64,000 nt of DNA, taken from NCBI RefSeq assembly GCF_006345805.1, contig NW_021833287.1:13339-77338 (forward strand), written 5' to 3'. How positions within the stretch are numbered: the stretch's first letter is position 1; each line of letters starts with the position of its first letter. The notes under the pieces were generated by a model, which was not told the DNA's origin, ran no database searches, and saw only the letters and a list, made by a program, of their open reading frames with translations. The position numbers and the translations under genes are program-made. The DNA is from Octopus sinensis. Lineage: Eukaryota. This document shows positions 41,401-54,512 of the stretch, in pieces.

Positions 41401-44400
41401 AGGAAGGGGAGGGAGGAATGTTGAACATTCCAGAGAGGGGGATTTGAGAGGAGAAGGGGAGGAAGGGGAGGAAGGATTGTTGAACATTCCAGAGGGGGAT
41501 TTAGAGGAGAAGGGGAGGAAGGGGAGGAAGGGGAGGGAGGAATGTTGAACATTCAGAGAGGGGGATTTGAGAGGAGAAGGGGAGGAAGGGGAGGAAGGAT
41601 TGTTGAACATTCCAGAGAGGGGGATTTTAGAGGAGAAGGGGAGGAAGGGGAGGGAGGAATGTTGAACATTCCAGAGAGGGGGATTTGAGAGGAGAAGGGG
41701 AGGAAGGGGAGGGAGGATGTTGAACATTCCAGAGAGGGGTATTTGAGGGAGAAGGGGAGGGGAGGAAGGGGAGGAAGGATTGTTGAACATTCCAGAGAGG
41801 GGGATTTTAGAGGAGAAGGGGAGGAAGGGGAGGGAGGAATGTTGAACATTCCAGAGAGGGGGATTTTAGAGGAGAAGGGGAGGAAGGGGAGGAAGGATTG
41901 TTGAACATTCCAGAGAGGGGGATTTTAGAGGAGAAGGGGAGGAAGGGGAGGGAGGAATGTTGAACATTCCAGAGAGGGGGATTTGAGAGGTGAAGGGGAG
42001 GAAGGGGAGAAAGGAATGTTGAACATTCCAGAGAGGGGGATTTGAGAGGAGAATGGGAGGAAGGTGTGGAAGGAATGTTGAACATTCCAGAGAGGGGGAT
42101 TTTAGAGGAGAAGGGGAGGAAGGGGAGGAGGAATGTTGAACATTCCAGAGAGGGGGATTTGAGAGGAGAAGGGGAGGAAGGGGAGGAAGGATTGTTGAAC
42201 ATTCCAGAGAGGGGGATTTTAGAGGAGAAGGGGAGGAAGGGGAGAGAGGAATGTTGAACATTCCAGAGAGGGGGATTTAGAGGAGAAGGGGAGGAAGGGG
42301 GGGAAGGATTGTTGAACATTCCAGAGAGGGGGATTTTAGAGGAGAAGGGGAGGAAGGGAGGGAGGAATGTTGAACATTCCAGAGAGGGGGATATTAGAGG
42401 AGAAGGGGAGGAAGGGGAGGGAGGAATGTTCACATTCCAGAGAGGGGGGGTTTAGAGGAGAAGGGAGGAAGGGGAGGAAGGATTGTTGAACATTCCAGAG
42501 AGGGGGATTTTGAGAGGAGAAGGGGAGGAAGGGGAGGGAGGAATGTTGAACATTCCAGAGAGGGGGATTTGAGAGGAGAAGGGGAGAAAGGATTGTTGAA
42601 CATTCCAGAGAGGGGGATTTGAGAGGAGAAGGGGAGGAAGGGGAGGAGGGAGGGAGGAATGTTCAACAATCAGAGAGGGGGATTTGAGAGGAGAAGGGGA
42701 GGAAGGGGTGGAAGGAATGTTGAACATTCCAGAGAGGGGGATTTTAGAGGAGAAGGGGAGGAAGGGGAGGGAGGAATGTTGAACATTCCAGAGAGGGGGA
42801 TTTGAGAGGAGATGGGGAGGAAGGGGAGGAAGGATTGTTGAACATTCCAGAGAGGGGGATTTTAGAGGGAAGGGAGGAAGGGGAGGGGGAGGGAGGAATG
42901 TTGAACATTCCAGAGAGGGGGATTTGAGAGGAGATGGGGAGGAAGGGGAGGAAGGATGTTGAACATTCCAGAGAGGGGGATTTTAGAGGAGAAGGGGAGG
43001 GGAGGAAGGGGAGGAAGGATTGTTGAACATTCCAGAGAGGGGGATTTTAGAGGGAAGGGGAGGAAGGGGAGGGAGGAATGTTGAACATTCCAGAGAGGGG
43101 GATTGAGAGAGGAGAAGGGGAGGAAGTGGAGGGAGAATGTTGAACATTCCAGAGAGAGGGGATTTGAGAGGAGAAGGGGAGGAAGGGGAGGAAGGATTGT
43201 TGAACATTCCAGAGAGGGGGATTTTAGAGGAGAAGGGAGGAAGGGGGGGGAGGAATGTTGAACATTCCAGAGAGGGGGATTTTAGAGTGAAGGGGAGGAA
43301 GGGGGAGAAAGGAATGTTGAACATTCCAGAGAGGGGGATGAGAGGAGAATGGGAGGAAGGGTGGAAGGAATGTTGAACATTCCAGAGAGGGGATTTTAGA
43401 GGAGAAGGGGAGGAAGGGGAGGGAGGAATGTTGAACATTCCAGAGAGGGGGATGGATTTGAGAGGAGAAGGGGAGGAAGGGGAGGAAGGATTGTTGAACA
43501 TTCCAGAGAGGGGGATTTTAGAGGAGAAGGGGAGGAAGGGGAGGGAGGAATGTTGAACATTCCAGAGAGGGGGATTTCAGAGGAGAAGGGGAGGAAGGAA
43601 GGGGAAGGGAGGAGGAGGATTGTTGAACATTCCAGAGAGGGGATTTTAGAGGAGAAGGGGAGGAGGGAAGGGAGGAGGAATGTTGAACATTCCAGAGAGG
43701 GGGATTTTAGAGGAGAAGGGGAGGAAGGGGAGGGAGGAATGTTGAACATTCCAGAGAGGGGATGAGAGGAGAAGGGGAGGGGAGAAGGGGAGGGGAGGAG
43801 GATTGTTGAACATTCCAGAGAGGGGATTTAGAGGAGAAGGGGAGGAAGGGGAGGGAGGAATGTTGAACATTCCAGAGAGGGGGATTTGAGAGGAGAAGGG
43901 GAGGAAGGGGAGGGAGGAATGTTGAACATCCAGAGAGAGGGGATTTGAGAGGAGAGGGGAGGAAGGGGAGGAAGGATTGTTGAACATTCCAGAGGGGGGG
44001 ATTTGAGAGGAGAAGGGGAGGAGGGGGGAAGGGGAGGGAGGAATGTTGAACATTCCAGAGAGGGGGATTTGAGAGGAGAAGGGGAGGAAGGGGAGGAAGG
44101 AATTGTTGAACATTCCAGATAGGGGATTTAGAGAAGAGGAGGAAGGGGAGAAAGGATTGTTGAACATTCCAGAGAGGGGATTTTAGAGAAGGGGAGGAAG
44201 GGGAGGGAGGAATGTTGAACATTCCAGAGAGGGGGATTTGAGAGGTGAAGGGGAGGAAGGGGAGGAAGGGGTGAAGGAATGTTGAACATTCCAGAGAGGG
44301 GGATTTGAGAGGAGAATGGGAGGAAGGTGTGGAAGGAATGTTGAACATTCCAGAGAGGGGGATTTTAGAGGAGAAGGGGAGGAAGGGGAGGGAGGAATGT

Positions 44401-47400
44401 TGAACATTCCAGAGAGGGGGATTTGAGAGGAGAAGGGGAGGAAGGGGAGGAAGGATTGTTGAACATTCCAGAGAGGGGGATTTTAGAGGAGAAGGGGAGG
44501 AAGGGGAGGGAGGAATGTTGAACATTCCAGAGAGGGGGATTTGAGAGGAGAAGGGGAGGAAGGGGAGGAAGGATTGTTGAACATTCCAGAGAGGGGGATT
44601 TTAGAGGAGAAGGGGAGGAAGGGGAGGGAGGAATGTTGAACATTCCAGAGAGGGGGATTTGAGAGGAGAAGGGGAGGAAGGGGAGGGAGGAGGATTGTTG
44701 AACATTCCAGAGAGGGGGATTTTAGAGGAGAAGGGGAGGAAGGGGAGGGAGGAATGTTGAACATTCCAGAGAGGGGGATTGAGAGGAGAAGGGGAGGAAG
44801 GGGAGGGAGGAATGTTGAACATTCCAGAGAGGGGGATTTGAGAGGAGAAGGGGAGGAAGGATTGTTGAACATTCCAGAGAGGGGGATTTTAGAGGAGAAG
44901 GGGAGGAAGGGGAGGGAGGAATGTTGAACATTCCAGAGAGGGGGATTTGAGAGGAGAAGGGAGGAAGGGGAGGGAGGAATGTTGAACATTCCAGAGAGGG
45001 GGATTTGAGAGGAGAAGGGGAGGAAGGGGAGGAAGGAATGTTGAACATTCCAGAGAGGGGATTGAGAGAGAAGGGGAGGAAGGGGAGGGAGGAGGAATGT
45101 TGAACATTCCAGAGAGGGGGATTTGAGAGGAGAAGGGGAGGAAGGGGAGGAAGGATTGTTGAACATTCCAGAGAGGGGGATTTTAGAGGAGAAGGGGAGA
45201 AGGGGAGGGAGGAATGTTGAACATTCCAGAGAGGGGGATTGAGAGGAGAAGGGGGAAGGGAAGGAGGAATGTTGAACATTCCAGAGAGGGGTTTTGAGAG
45301 GAGAAGGGGAGGAGAAGGGAGGAAGGATTGTTGAACATTCCATGAGGGGGATTTTAGAGGAGAAGGGGAGGAAGGGGAGGGAGGAATGTTGAACATTCCA
45401 GAGAGGGGGATTTGAGAGGAGAAGGGGAGGTAGGGGGAGGAAGGAATGTTGAACATTCCAGAGAGGGGAATTTAGAGAGGGGGATTTCAGAGGAGAAGGG
45501 GAGGAAGGGGAGGAAGGATTGTTGAACATTCCAGATAGGGGATATTAGGGGAGAAGGGAGGAAGGGGAGGGAGGAATATTGAACATTCCAGAGAGGGGAT
45601 TTGAGAGGAGAAGGGGAGAAGGGGAGGAAGGATTGTTGAACATTCCAGAGAGGGGATTTTAGAGTAGAAGGGGAGGAAGGGGAGGGGAGGAATGTTGAAC
45701 ATTCCAGAGAGGGTGATTTGAGAGGTGAAGGGAAGGAGGGGGAGGAGGATTGTTGAACATTCCAGAGAGGGGGATTTTGATTTAGAGGAGAAGGGGAGGA
45801 AGGGGAGGGAGGAATGTTGAACTTTCCAGAGAGGGGGATTTGAGAGGAGAATGTGAGGAAGGGGTGGGAGGAATGTTGAACATTCCAGAGAGGGGGATTT
45901 TAGAGGTGAAGGGGAGGAAGGGGAGGAGGAAGGGGAGAAAGGAATGTTGAACATTCCAGAGAGGGGGATTTGAGAGGAAAAGGGAGGTACGGGAGGGAGG
46001 AATGTTGAACATTCCAGAGAGGGGATTTGAAAGGTGAAGGGGAGGAAGGGGAGAGGAATGTTGAACATTCCAGAGACGGGATTTGAGAGAGAATGGGAGG
46101 AGAGGGAGGAGGGAGGAATCTTGAACATTCCAGAGAGGGGGATTTGAGAGGTGAAGGGGAGGAAGGCGAGAGAGAAAGGAATGTTCAACATTCCAGAGAG
46201 GGGGATTTTAGAGGAGAAGGGGAGGAAGGGGAGGAAGGATTGTTGAACATTCCAGAGAGGGGGATTTTAGAGGAGAAGGGGAGGAAGGGGAGGGAGGAAT
46301 GTTGAACATTCCAGAGAGGGGGATTTAGAGAGAAGGGGAGGAACGGGAGGAAGGATTGTTGAACATTCCAGAGAAGGGGATGTTAGAGGAGAAGGGAGGA
46401 AGGGGAGGGAGGAAAGTTGAACATTCCAGAGAGGGGGATTTGAGAGGTGAAGGGGAGGAAGGGGAGGGAGGAATGTTGAAAATTCCAGAGAGGGGATTTG
46501 AGAGGAGAATGGGAGGAAGGTGAGGGAGGAATGTTGAACATTCCAGAGAGGGAGATTTGAGAGGTGAAGGGGAGGACGGGGAGAAAGGAATGTTCAACAT
46601 TCCAGAGAGGGGGATTATAGAGGAGAAGGGGAGGAAGGGGAGGAAGGATTGTTGAACATTCCAGATAGGGGGATTTTAGAGAAGAGGAGGAAGAGGAGAA
46701 AGGATTGTTGAACATTCCAGAGAGGGGGATTTTAGAGGAGAAGGGGAGGAAGGGGAGGGAGGAATGTTGACATTCCAGAGAGGGGGATTTGAGAGGTGAA
46801 GGGGAGGAAGGGAGAGAAAGGAATGTTGAACATTCCAGAGAGGGGGATTTGAGAGGAGAATGGGAGGAAGGTGTGGGAGGAATGTTGAACATTCAAGAGA
46901 GGGGGATTTTAGAGGAGAAGGGGAGGAAGGGGAGTGAGGAATATTGAACATTCTTCCAGAGAGGGGGATTTGAGAGGAGAAGAGGAGGAAGGGGAGGAAG
47001 GATTGTTGAACATTCCAGAGAGGGGGATTTGAGAGGAGAATTGGATGTACGGGAGGGAGGAATGTTGAACATTCCAGAGAAGGGGATTTGAGAGGTAAGG
47101 GGAGGAAGGGGAGGGAGGAATGTTGAACATTCCAGAGGGGGATTGAGAGGAGAATGGGAGGAAGGGAAGGAGGAATGTTGAACATTCCAGAGAGGGGGTT
47201 TGAGAGGGAATGGGAGGAAGGGTGGGAGGAATTTTGAACATTCCAGAGAGGGGGATTTTGAGAGGTGAAGGGGAGGGAAGGAAGAGGGAGGAGAAAGGAA
47301 GTTGAACATTCCAGAGAGGGGGATTTGAGAGGAGAATGGAGGAAGTTGTGGGAGGAATGTTGAACATTCCAGAGGGGGGATTTTAGAGGATGAAGGGAGG

Positions 47401-50400
47401 AAGGGTAGAAAGGAAATTTGAACATTCCAAAGAGCGGGATTTGAAGATGGAAGGGAGGAAGGGTGTTGGAGGAATGTTGAACATTCCAGAGAGGGGGATT
47501 TAAATGAGAAGGGGGGAAGGGAGGGAGGGAATATTGAACATTCCAGAGAGGGGGATTTGAGAGGAGAAGGAGGAAGGGGAGGAAGGATTGTTGAACATTC
47601 CAGAGAGGGGGATTTTAGAGGAGAAGGGGAGGAAGGGGAGGGAGGAATGTTGAACATTCCAGAGAGGGATTGGAGGGATTTGAGAGGTGAAGGGGAGGAA
47701 GAGGAGGGAGGATTGTTGAACATTCCAGAGAGGGGGATTTTAGAGGAGAAGGGGAGGAAGGGGAGGGAGGAATTTGAACATTCCAGAGAGGGGGATTTGA
47801 GAGGAGAATGTGAGGAAGGGTGGGAGGAATGTTGAACATTCCAGAGAGGGGGATTGAGAGGTGAAGGGGAGGAAGGGGAGAAAGAATGTTGTTGACTTCC
47901 AGAGAGGGGGATTTGAGAGGAAAATGGGAGGTAGGGAGGGAGGAATGTTGAACATTCCAGAGAGGGTTATTTGAGAGGTGAAGGGGAGGAAGGGGAGGAG
48001 GAAGTGAATTTGAACATTCCAGAGGGGGGATTTGAGAGGGAATGGAGGAAGGTGAGGGAGGAATGTTGAACATCCAGAGAGGGAGATTTGAGAGGTGAAG
48101 CGGAGGAAGGGGAGAAGGAATGTTGAACATTCCAGAGAGGGGGATTTTAGAGGAGAAGGGGAGGAAGGGGAGGAGGAATTGTTGAACATTCCAGAGAGGG
48201 GGATTTAGAGGAGAAGGGAGGAAAAGGAGGAAGGATGTTGAACATTCCAGAGAGGGGGATTTTAGAGGAGAAGGGGGGAAGGGAGGGAGGAATGTTGAAC
48301 ATTCCAGAGGGGGGATTTGAGAGGTGAAGGGGAGGAAGGGGAGGGAGGATTGTTGAACATTCAGAGAGGCGGATTTTGAGAGAGAGAAGGGGAGGAAGGG
48401 GAGGGAGGAATGTTGAACATTCCAGAGAGGGGGATTTGAGAGGAGAATGTGAGGAAGGGGAGGGAGGAATGTTGAACATTCCAGAGAGGGGGATTAGAGG
48501 TGAAGGGGAGGAAGGGGAGAAAGGAATGTTGAACATTCCAGAGAGGGGGATTTGAGAGGTGAAGGGAAGGAAGGGGAGGGAGGATTGTTGAAAATTCCAG
48601 AGAGGGGGATTTTAGAGGAGAAGGGGAGGAAGGGGAGGGAGGAATGTTGAACATTCCAGAGAGGGGGGATTGAGAGGAGAAGTGAGAAGGGGTGGGAGGA
48701 ATGTTGAACATTCCAGAGAGGGGGATTTAGAGGTGAAGGGGAGGAAGGGGAGAAAGGAATGTTGAACATTCCAGAGAGGGGGATTTGAGATGAAAATGGG
48801 AGGTACGGGAGGGAGGAATGTTGAACATTCCAGAGAGGGGGATTTGAGAGGTGAAGGGGAGGAAGGGGAGGGAGGAATGTTGAACATTCCAGAGAGGGGG
48901 ATTTGAGAGGAGAATGGGAGGAAGGTGAGGGAGGAATGTTGAACATTCCAGAGAGGGAGATTGGAGAGGTGAAGGGGAGGAAAAAGGAGAAAGGAATGTT
49001 CAACATTCCAGAGAGGGGGATTTTAGAGGAGAAGGGGAGGAAGGGGAGGAAGGATGTTGAACATTCCAGATAGGGGGATTTTAGAGGAGAATGGGGAGGA
49101 AAGGAGGAGGAAGGATGTTGAACATTCCAGAGAGGGGGATTTAGAGGAGAAGGGGAGGAAGGGGAGGGAGGAATGTTGAACATTCCAGTGAGGGGGATTT
49201 TAGAGGAGAAGGGGAGGAAGGGGAGGAAGGATTTTTGAACATTCCAGAGAAGGGGATGTTAGAGGAGAAGGGGAGGAAGGGGAGAAAGGAATGTTGAACA
49301 TTCCAGAGAGGGGGATTTTAGAGGTGAGGGGAGGAAGGGGAGAAAGGAATGTTGAACATTCCAGAGAGGGGGATTTGAGATGATGAAAATGGGAGGCGGG
49401 AGGGAGGAATGTTGAACATTCCAGAGAGGGGGATTTGAGAGAGGTGAAGGGAAGGGGAGGGAGGGGAGGGAGGAATGTTGAACATTCAGAGAGGGGGATT
49501 TGAGAGGAGAATGGGAGGAAGGGGAGGGAGGAATGTTGAACATTCCAGAGAGGGAGATTGGAGAGGTGAAGGGGAGAGGGGAGGAAAAAGGAGAAAGGAA
49601 TGTTCAACATTCCAGAGAGGGGGATTTAGAGGAGAAGGGGAGGAAGGGGAGGAAGGATTGTTGAACATTCCAGAGAGGGGGATTTTAGAGGAGAAGGGGA
49701 GGAGGGGAGGGAGGAATGTTGAACATTCCAGAGAGGGGGATTTAGAGGAGAAGGGGAGGAAGGGGAGGAAGGATGTTGAACATTCCAGAGAAGGGGATGT
49801 TAGAGGAGAAGGGGACGAAGGGGGGAGGGAGGAGGAAAGTTGAACATTCCAGAGAGGGGGATTGAGAGGTGAAGGGGGGGAGGAAGGGAGGGAGGAATGT
49901 TGAACATTCCAGAGAGGGAGATTTGAGAGGTGAAGGGAGGACGGGGAGAAAGGAATGTTCAACCTTCCAGAGAGGGGGATTATAGAGGAGAAGGGGAGGA
50001 AGAGGAGGAAGGATTGTGAAACATTCCAGATAGGGGGATTTTAGAGAAGAGGAGGAAGAGGAGAAAGGATTGTTGAACATTCCAGAGGGGGGGATTTTAG
50101 AGGAGAAGGGGAGGAAGTGGAGGGAGGAATGTTGAACATTCCAGAGAGGGGGATTTGAGAGGAGAAGGGGAGGAAGGGGAGGAAGGATTGTTGAACATTC
50201 CAGAGAGGGGGATTTTACAGGAGAAGGGGAGGGAGGAATGTTGAACATTCCAGAGTGGGGGATTTGAGAGGAGAATGGGACGAAGGGGTGGGAGGAATGT
50301 TGAACATTCCAGAGAGGGGGATTTGAGAGGTGAAGGGGAGGAAGGGGAGAAAGGAATGTTGAACATTCCAGAGAGGGGGATTTGAGAGGAGAATGGGAGG

Positions 50401-53142
50401 AAGGTGTGGGAGGAATGTTGAATATTCCAGAGAGGGCGATTTGAGAGAGGAGAAGGGAGGAAAGGGAGGAAGGATTGTTGAACATTCCAGAGAGGGGGAT
50501 TTTAGAGGAGAAGGGGAGGAAGGGGAGGGAGGAATGTTGAACATTCCAGAGAGGGGGATTTGAGAGCTGAAGGGGAGGAAGGGGTGGGAAGTATGTTGAA
50601 CATCCAAAGAGGGGGATTTGAGAGGTGAAGGGGAGGAAGGGGAGAAAGGAATATTGAACATTCCAGAGAGGGGGATTTGAGAGGAGAATGGGAGGAAGGT
50701 GTGGGAGGAATGTTGAACATTCCAGAGAGGGCGATTTTAGAGGAGAAGGGGAGGAAGTGAGGGAGGAATGTTGAACATTCCAGAGAGGGGGATTTGAGAG
50801 GTGAAGGGAGGAAGGGGAGAAAGGATTGTTGAACATTCCTCCCTCCCTTCCTCCCATTCTCCTCTCAAATCCCCCTCACTGGATGGTTCAACATTCCATT
50901 CTCCCTTCCTCCCCTTCACCTCCAAAATCCCCCTCTCTGGAATGTTCATATTCCTCCCACCCCTTCCTCCCATTCTCCTCTTGAATCCCCCTCTCTGGAA
51001 TGTTCCACAATCCTTCATCCCCTTCTCGTCTAAATTCCCCCTCTCTGGAATGTTGAACATTACTTTCTCCCCTTCCTCCCCTTCACCTCTCAAATCCCCT
51101 CTCGGAATGTTCAACAATCCTCCCTCCCCTTCCTCCCCTTCTCCTCTAAATTCCTTCTCTCTTGGAATGTTCAACAATCCTTCCTCCCCTTCATCCCCCT
51201 CTCTCTAAAATCCCCCTCTCTGGAATGTTCAACATTCCTCCCTCCCCTTCCTCCCCTTTCTCCTTAAAATCCCCTCTCTGGAATATTCAACAATCCTTCC
51301 TCCCTTTCCTCCCCTTCTCCTCTAAAAATCCCCTCTCTGGAATGTCAACATTCCTCCCTCCCATTCCTCCCCTTCTACTCTAAAATCCCCCTACTGGAAT
51401 GTTCAACAATCCTTCTACTCTTCCTCCTCTTCTCTAAAATCCCCCTTCTGGAATGTTCAACAAACCTTCCTCCCCTTCCTACCCTTCTCCTCTATAATCC
51501 CCATCTCTGGATGTTGAACATTCCTTCCTACCCTTCCTCCCCTTCACCTCTCAAATCTCCCTCTCTGGAGTGTTCAACATTCCTCCTCACCTTCCTCCCA
51601 TTCTCCTCTCAAAACCCTCTCTGGAATGTTCAACATTCCTCCCTCCCCTTCCTCCCTTCACCTCTCAAATCCCACTCTCTGGAATGTTCAACTTTCCTCC
51701 CTCCCCTTCCTCCCCTTCTCTTCTAACATCCCTTCTCTGGAATGTTCAACAATCCTTCCTCCCCCTTCCTCCCCTTCTCCTCTCAAATCCCCTCTCTGGA
51801 ATGTTGAACATTCTTTCTCCCTTCCTCCCCTTCACCTCTTAAAATCTCCCTCTCTGGAATGTTCAAATCCATCCCTACACTCCTCTCCATTCTCCTCTCA
51901 AATCCCCCTCTCTTGAATGTTCAACATTCCTCCCCCCTTCCTCCCTTCACCTCTCAAATCCCCCTCTCTGGAATGTTCAACATTCCTCCCTCCCACTACC
52001 TCCCATTCTCTCTATAATCCCCCTCTCTGGAATGTTCAAATCCTCCTCCCCTTCCTCCCCTTCTCCTCTAAAATCCCCTCTTGGAATGTTCAACAATCCT
52101 TCCTCCCTTCCTCCCCTTCTCCCCTCAAATCCCCCTCTCTGGAATGTTCAACATTCCTTCCTCCACTTCCCCCCTTCTCCTCTAATATCCCCTCTCTGAA
52201 TGTTCAACAATCCTTCCTCTCTTCCTCCCCTTCGCCTCTAAAATCCCCCTCTCTGGAATGTTCAAAAATCCTTCCTCCCCTTCATCCCCTTCTCCTCTAA
52301 AATCCTCCTCTCTGGAATGTTGAACAATCCCTCCTCCCTTCCTCCCCTTCTCCTCTCAAATCCCCCTCTCTGGAATGTTTCATCATTCTTCCCACCACTT
52401 CCTCCCATTATCCTCTCAAATCCCCCTCTCTGGAATGTTCAACATTCCTCCCTCCCCTTCTCTTAAAATCCCCCTCTCCGGAATGTTCAACAATCCTCCT
52501 CCCTTCCTCCCCTTCTCCTCTCAAATCCCCCTCTCTGGAAAGTTCACATTCCTCCTTCCCTTCCTCCCTTCTCTCTCAAATCCCCTCTCTGGAATGTTCA
52601 ACAATCCTTCCTCCCTTCCTCCCCTTCTCTCTAAAAATTCTCCTCTCTTGAATGTTGAACATTCCTTCTCCCCTTCCTCCCCTTCACCTCTCAAATTCCC
52701 TCTCTGGAATGTTCAACATTCCTCCCACCCCGTCCTCCCATTTCCTCTCAAATCCCCCTCTCTGCAATGTTCAACATTCCTCCCTCCCCTCCTCCCTTCT
52801 CCTCTAAAATCCCCCTCTCTGGAATGTCAACAATCCTTCCTCCCCTTCTTCACCTTCTCCTCTCAAATCCCCCTCTCTGGAATGTTTCAACATTCCTTCC
52901 TCCCCTTCTCCCCTTCTCCTCTAAAATCCCCCTCTCTGGAATGTTCAACAATCCTTCCTCCTCTTCCTCCCTTTCCTCTCTTAAATCCCCCTATCTGGAA
53001 TGTTCAACATTCCTCCACCCCTCCTCCCCTTCTCCCTAAATCCCCCTCTCTGGAATGTTCAACAATCCTTCCTCCTCTTCCTCCCCTTCTCCTCTTAAAT
53101 CCCCTCTCTGGAATGTGCAACATTCCTCCCTCCCTTCTTCCC
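35409..53142. repeat. Large GA-rich satellite, ~59-bp unit, roughly 300 copies (length/unit estimate)
   Basis: Consensus TTGAACATTCCAGAGAGGGGGATTT(G/T)AGAGGAGAAGGGGAGGAAGGGGAGG(G/A)AGGA(A/T)TG. Purine strand is on + from 35409 to ~50839 and on - from ~50840 to 53142. Confidence 0.98.
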
Positions 53143-53307
53143 TATTGGTATGTTTATTGAGTGTCTTGGCATTGCTGTCTTAGCTTCGTACAAAATCTCT
53201 AACAACAGGGTTTACACTGACGGTAAGTGATTCACGAAAGCTTCACAGTGGTCTCAAAATGAAGGATTGGGCATTTTTGTGGAACCTAGCTGCCTGGATA
53301 GGTAACG

Positions 53308-53321
53308 GTAGTAGTAGTAGA

Positions 53322-53378
<57 letters not shown>

Positions 53379-53454
53379 TACTAGTAGTAGTAGCAAGCAG
53401 CAGCAGCAGTTGTAGAAGTAGTAGTATAGGAGCAGTAGCAGTAGTAGTAGTTGG

Positions 53455-53509
<55 letters not shown>

Positions 53510-53637
53510 CAGCAGCAGTAGTAGTAGTTAGTAGTAGTAGTAGTAGTAGTAGTGGTAGTACTAGTAGTAGTAGCAAGCAGCAGCAGCAGCAGTTGTAGAA
53601 GTAGTAGTATAGGAGCAGTAGCAGTAGTAGTAGTTGG

Positions 53638-53692
<55 letters not shown>

Positions 53693-53699
53693 CAGCAGC

Positions 53700-53732
<33 letters not shown>

Positions 53733-53735
53733 TGT
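53308..53735. repeat. (TAG)n/(CAG)n compound repeat with internal 180-bp duplication
   Basis: The AGTGGTAGTACTAG...TTGGGCAGC block starts at 53371 and 53551. Confidence 0.95.
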
Positions 53736-54452
53736 AGTAGTGGCAGCAACGACAATAGAAACAGGAGTACGTTTGTTGTCTCTGTTTTTAGCAAACTTCT
53801 GACTAAAGCCTCTCTTCTCGGAAACTCAATGCCACATTATCCACTGTTTTATTTTTCTGTAAAAAAAAAACAGTAGAATGTAATTTGACGGAGATTTAGT
53901 TGTAATTTCTAGTATGGCCAGTGACCTAGTCGAGGAGCGCTAGATTGACTTGTGGAAGAAAATTGGATGTTTCTGGTGTGTTCTGATTGCGGCGTAAAGA
54001 CTTTTATAGTAGCATTAGATAAACCAGAGTTTCGGTAAGATAAAACTGTAGTCTTGTGATTATGATAATTTAGCCCTGATCTGTTTTACTTATGATCAAA
54101 GTCATTCCAATCTTGAGAATCGTGTACTGTTTACTACGTGCAAGGAAAGTGAATTTTACCAAACATCAAGTTCGCTTTCTTGTAGAGGCAGAATTAGATG
54201 TCCCTGTATAGAGGGTCCATGTTTCAGTGTGTATACGAACTGCTGCTTTATATTAATATATTTGTCTATTTTAAACAGGCATTTAGTGAACTATAGCATT
54301 GGAAAATAGGATTTTCCAACAGATTAATCTTTAGTTTATTGTCTTTATGATAATGAGATTGACAAAGGAGTCTGAGTATAACTCGAGCGAAAATGAGTAC
54401 CACAATCTAATTTCCTTTAACAATTCACACCCATGTATGTATGTATATATAT

Positions 54453-54492
<40 letters not shown>

Positions 54493-54512
54493 TATATAAT
54501 ATATATATATAT

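Noticed and set aside
35409-53142. CRISPR-like reading (palindromic repeat plus spacer)
   Set aside because: The intervening sequences are near-identical rather than unique spacers, there are no cas genes, and the context is eukaryotic.
35268-53160. Long Pro/Ser/Leu-rich ORFs (up to 508 aa)
   Set aside because: They are translations of the pyrimidine strand of the satellite, which rarely contains stops. Frames break at random indels.
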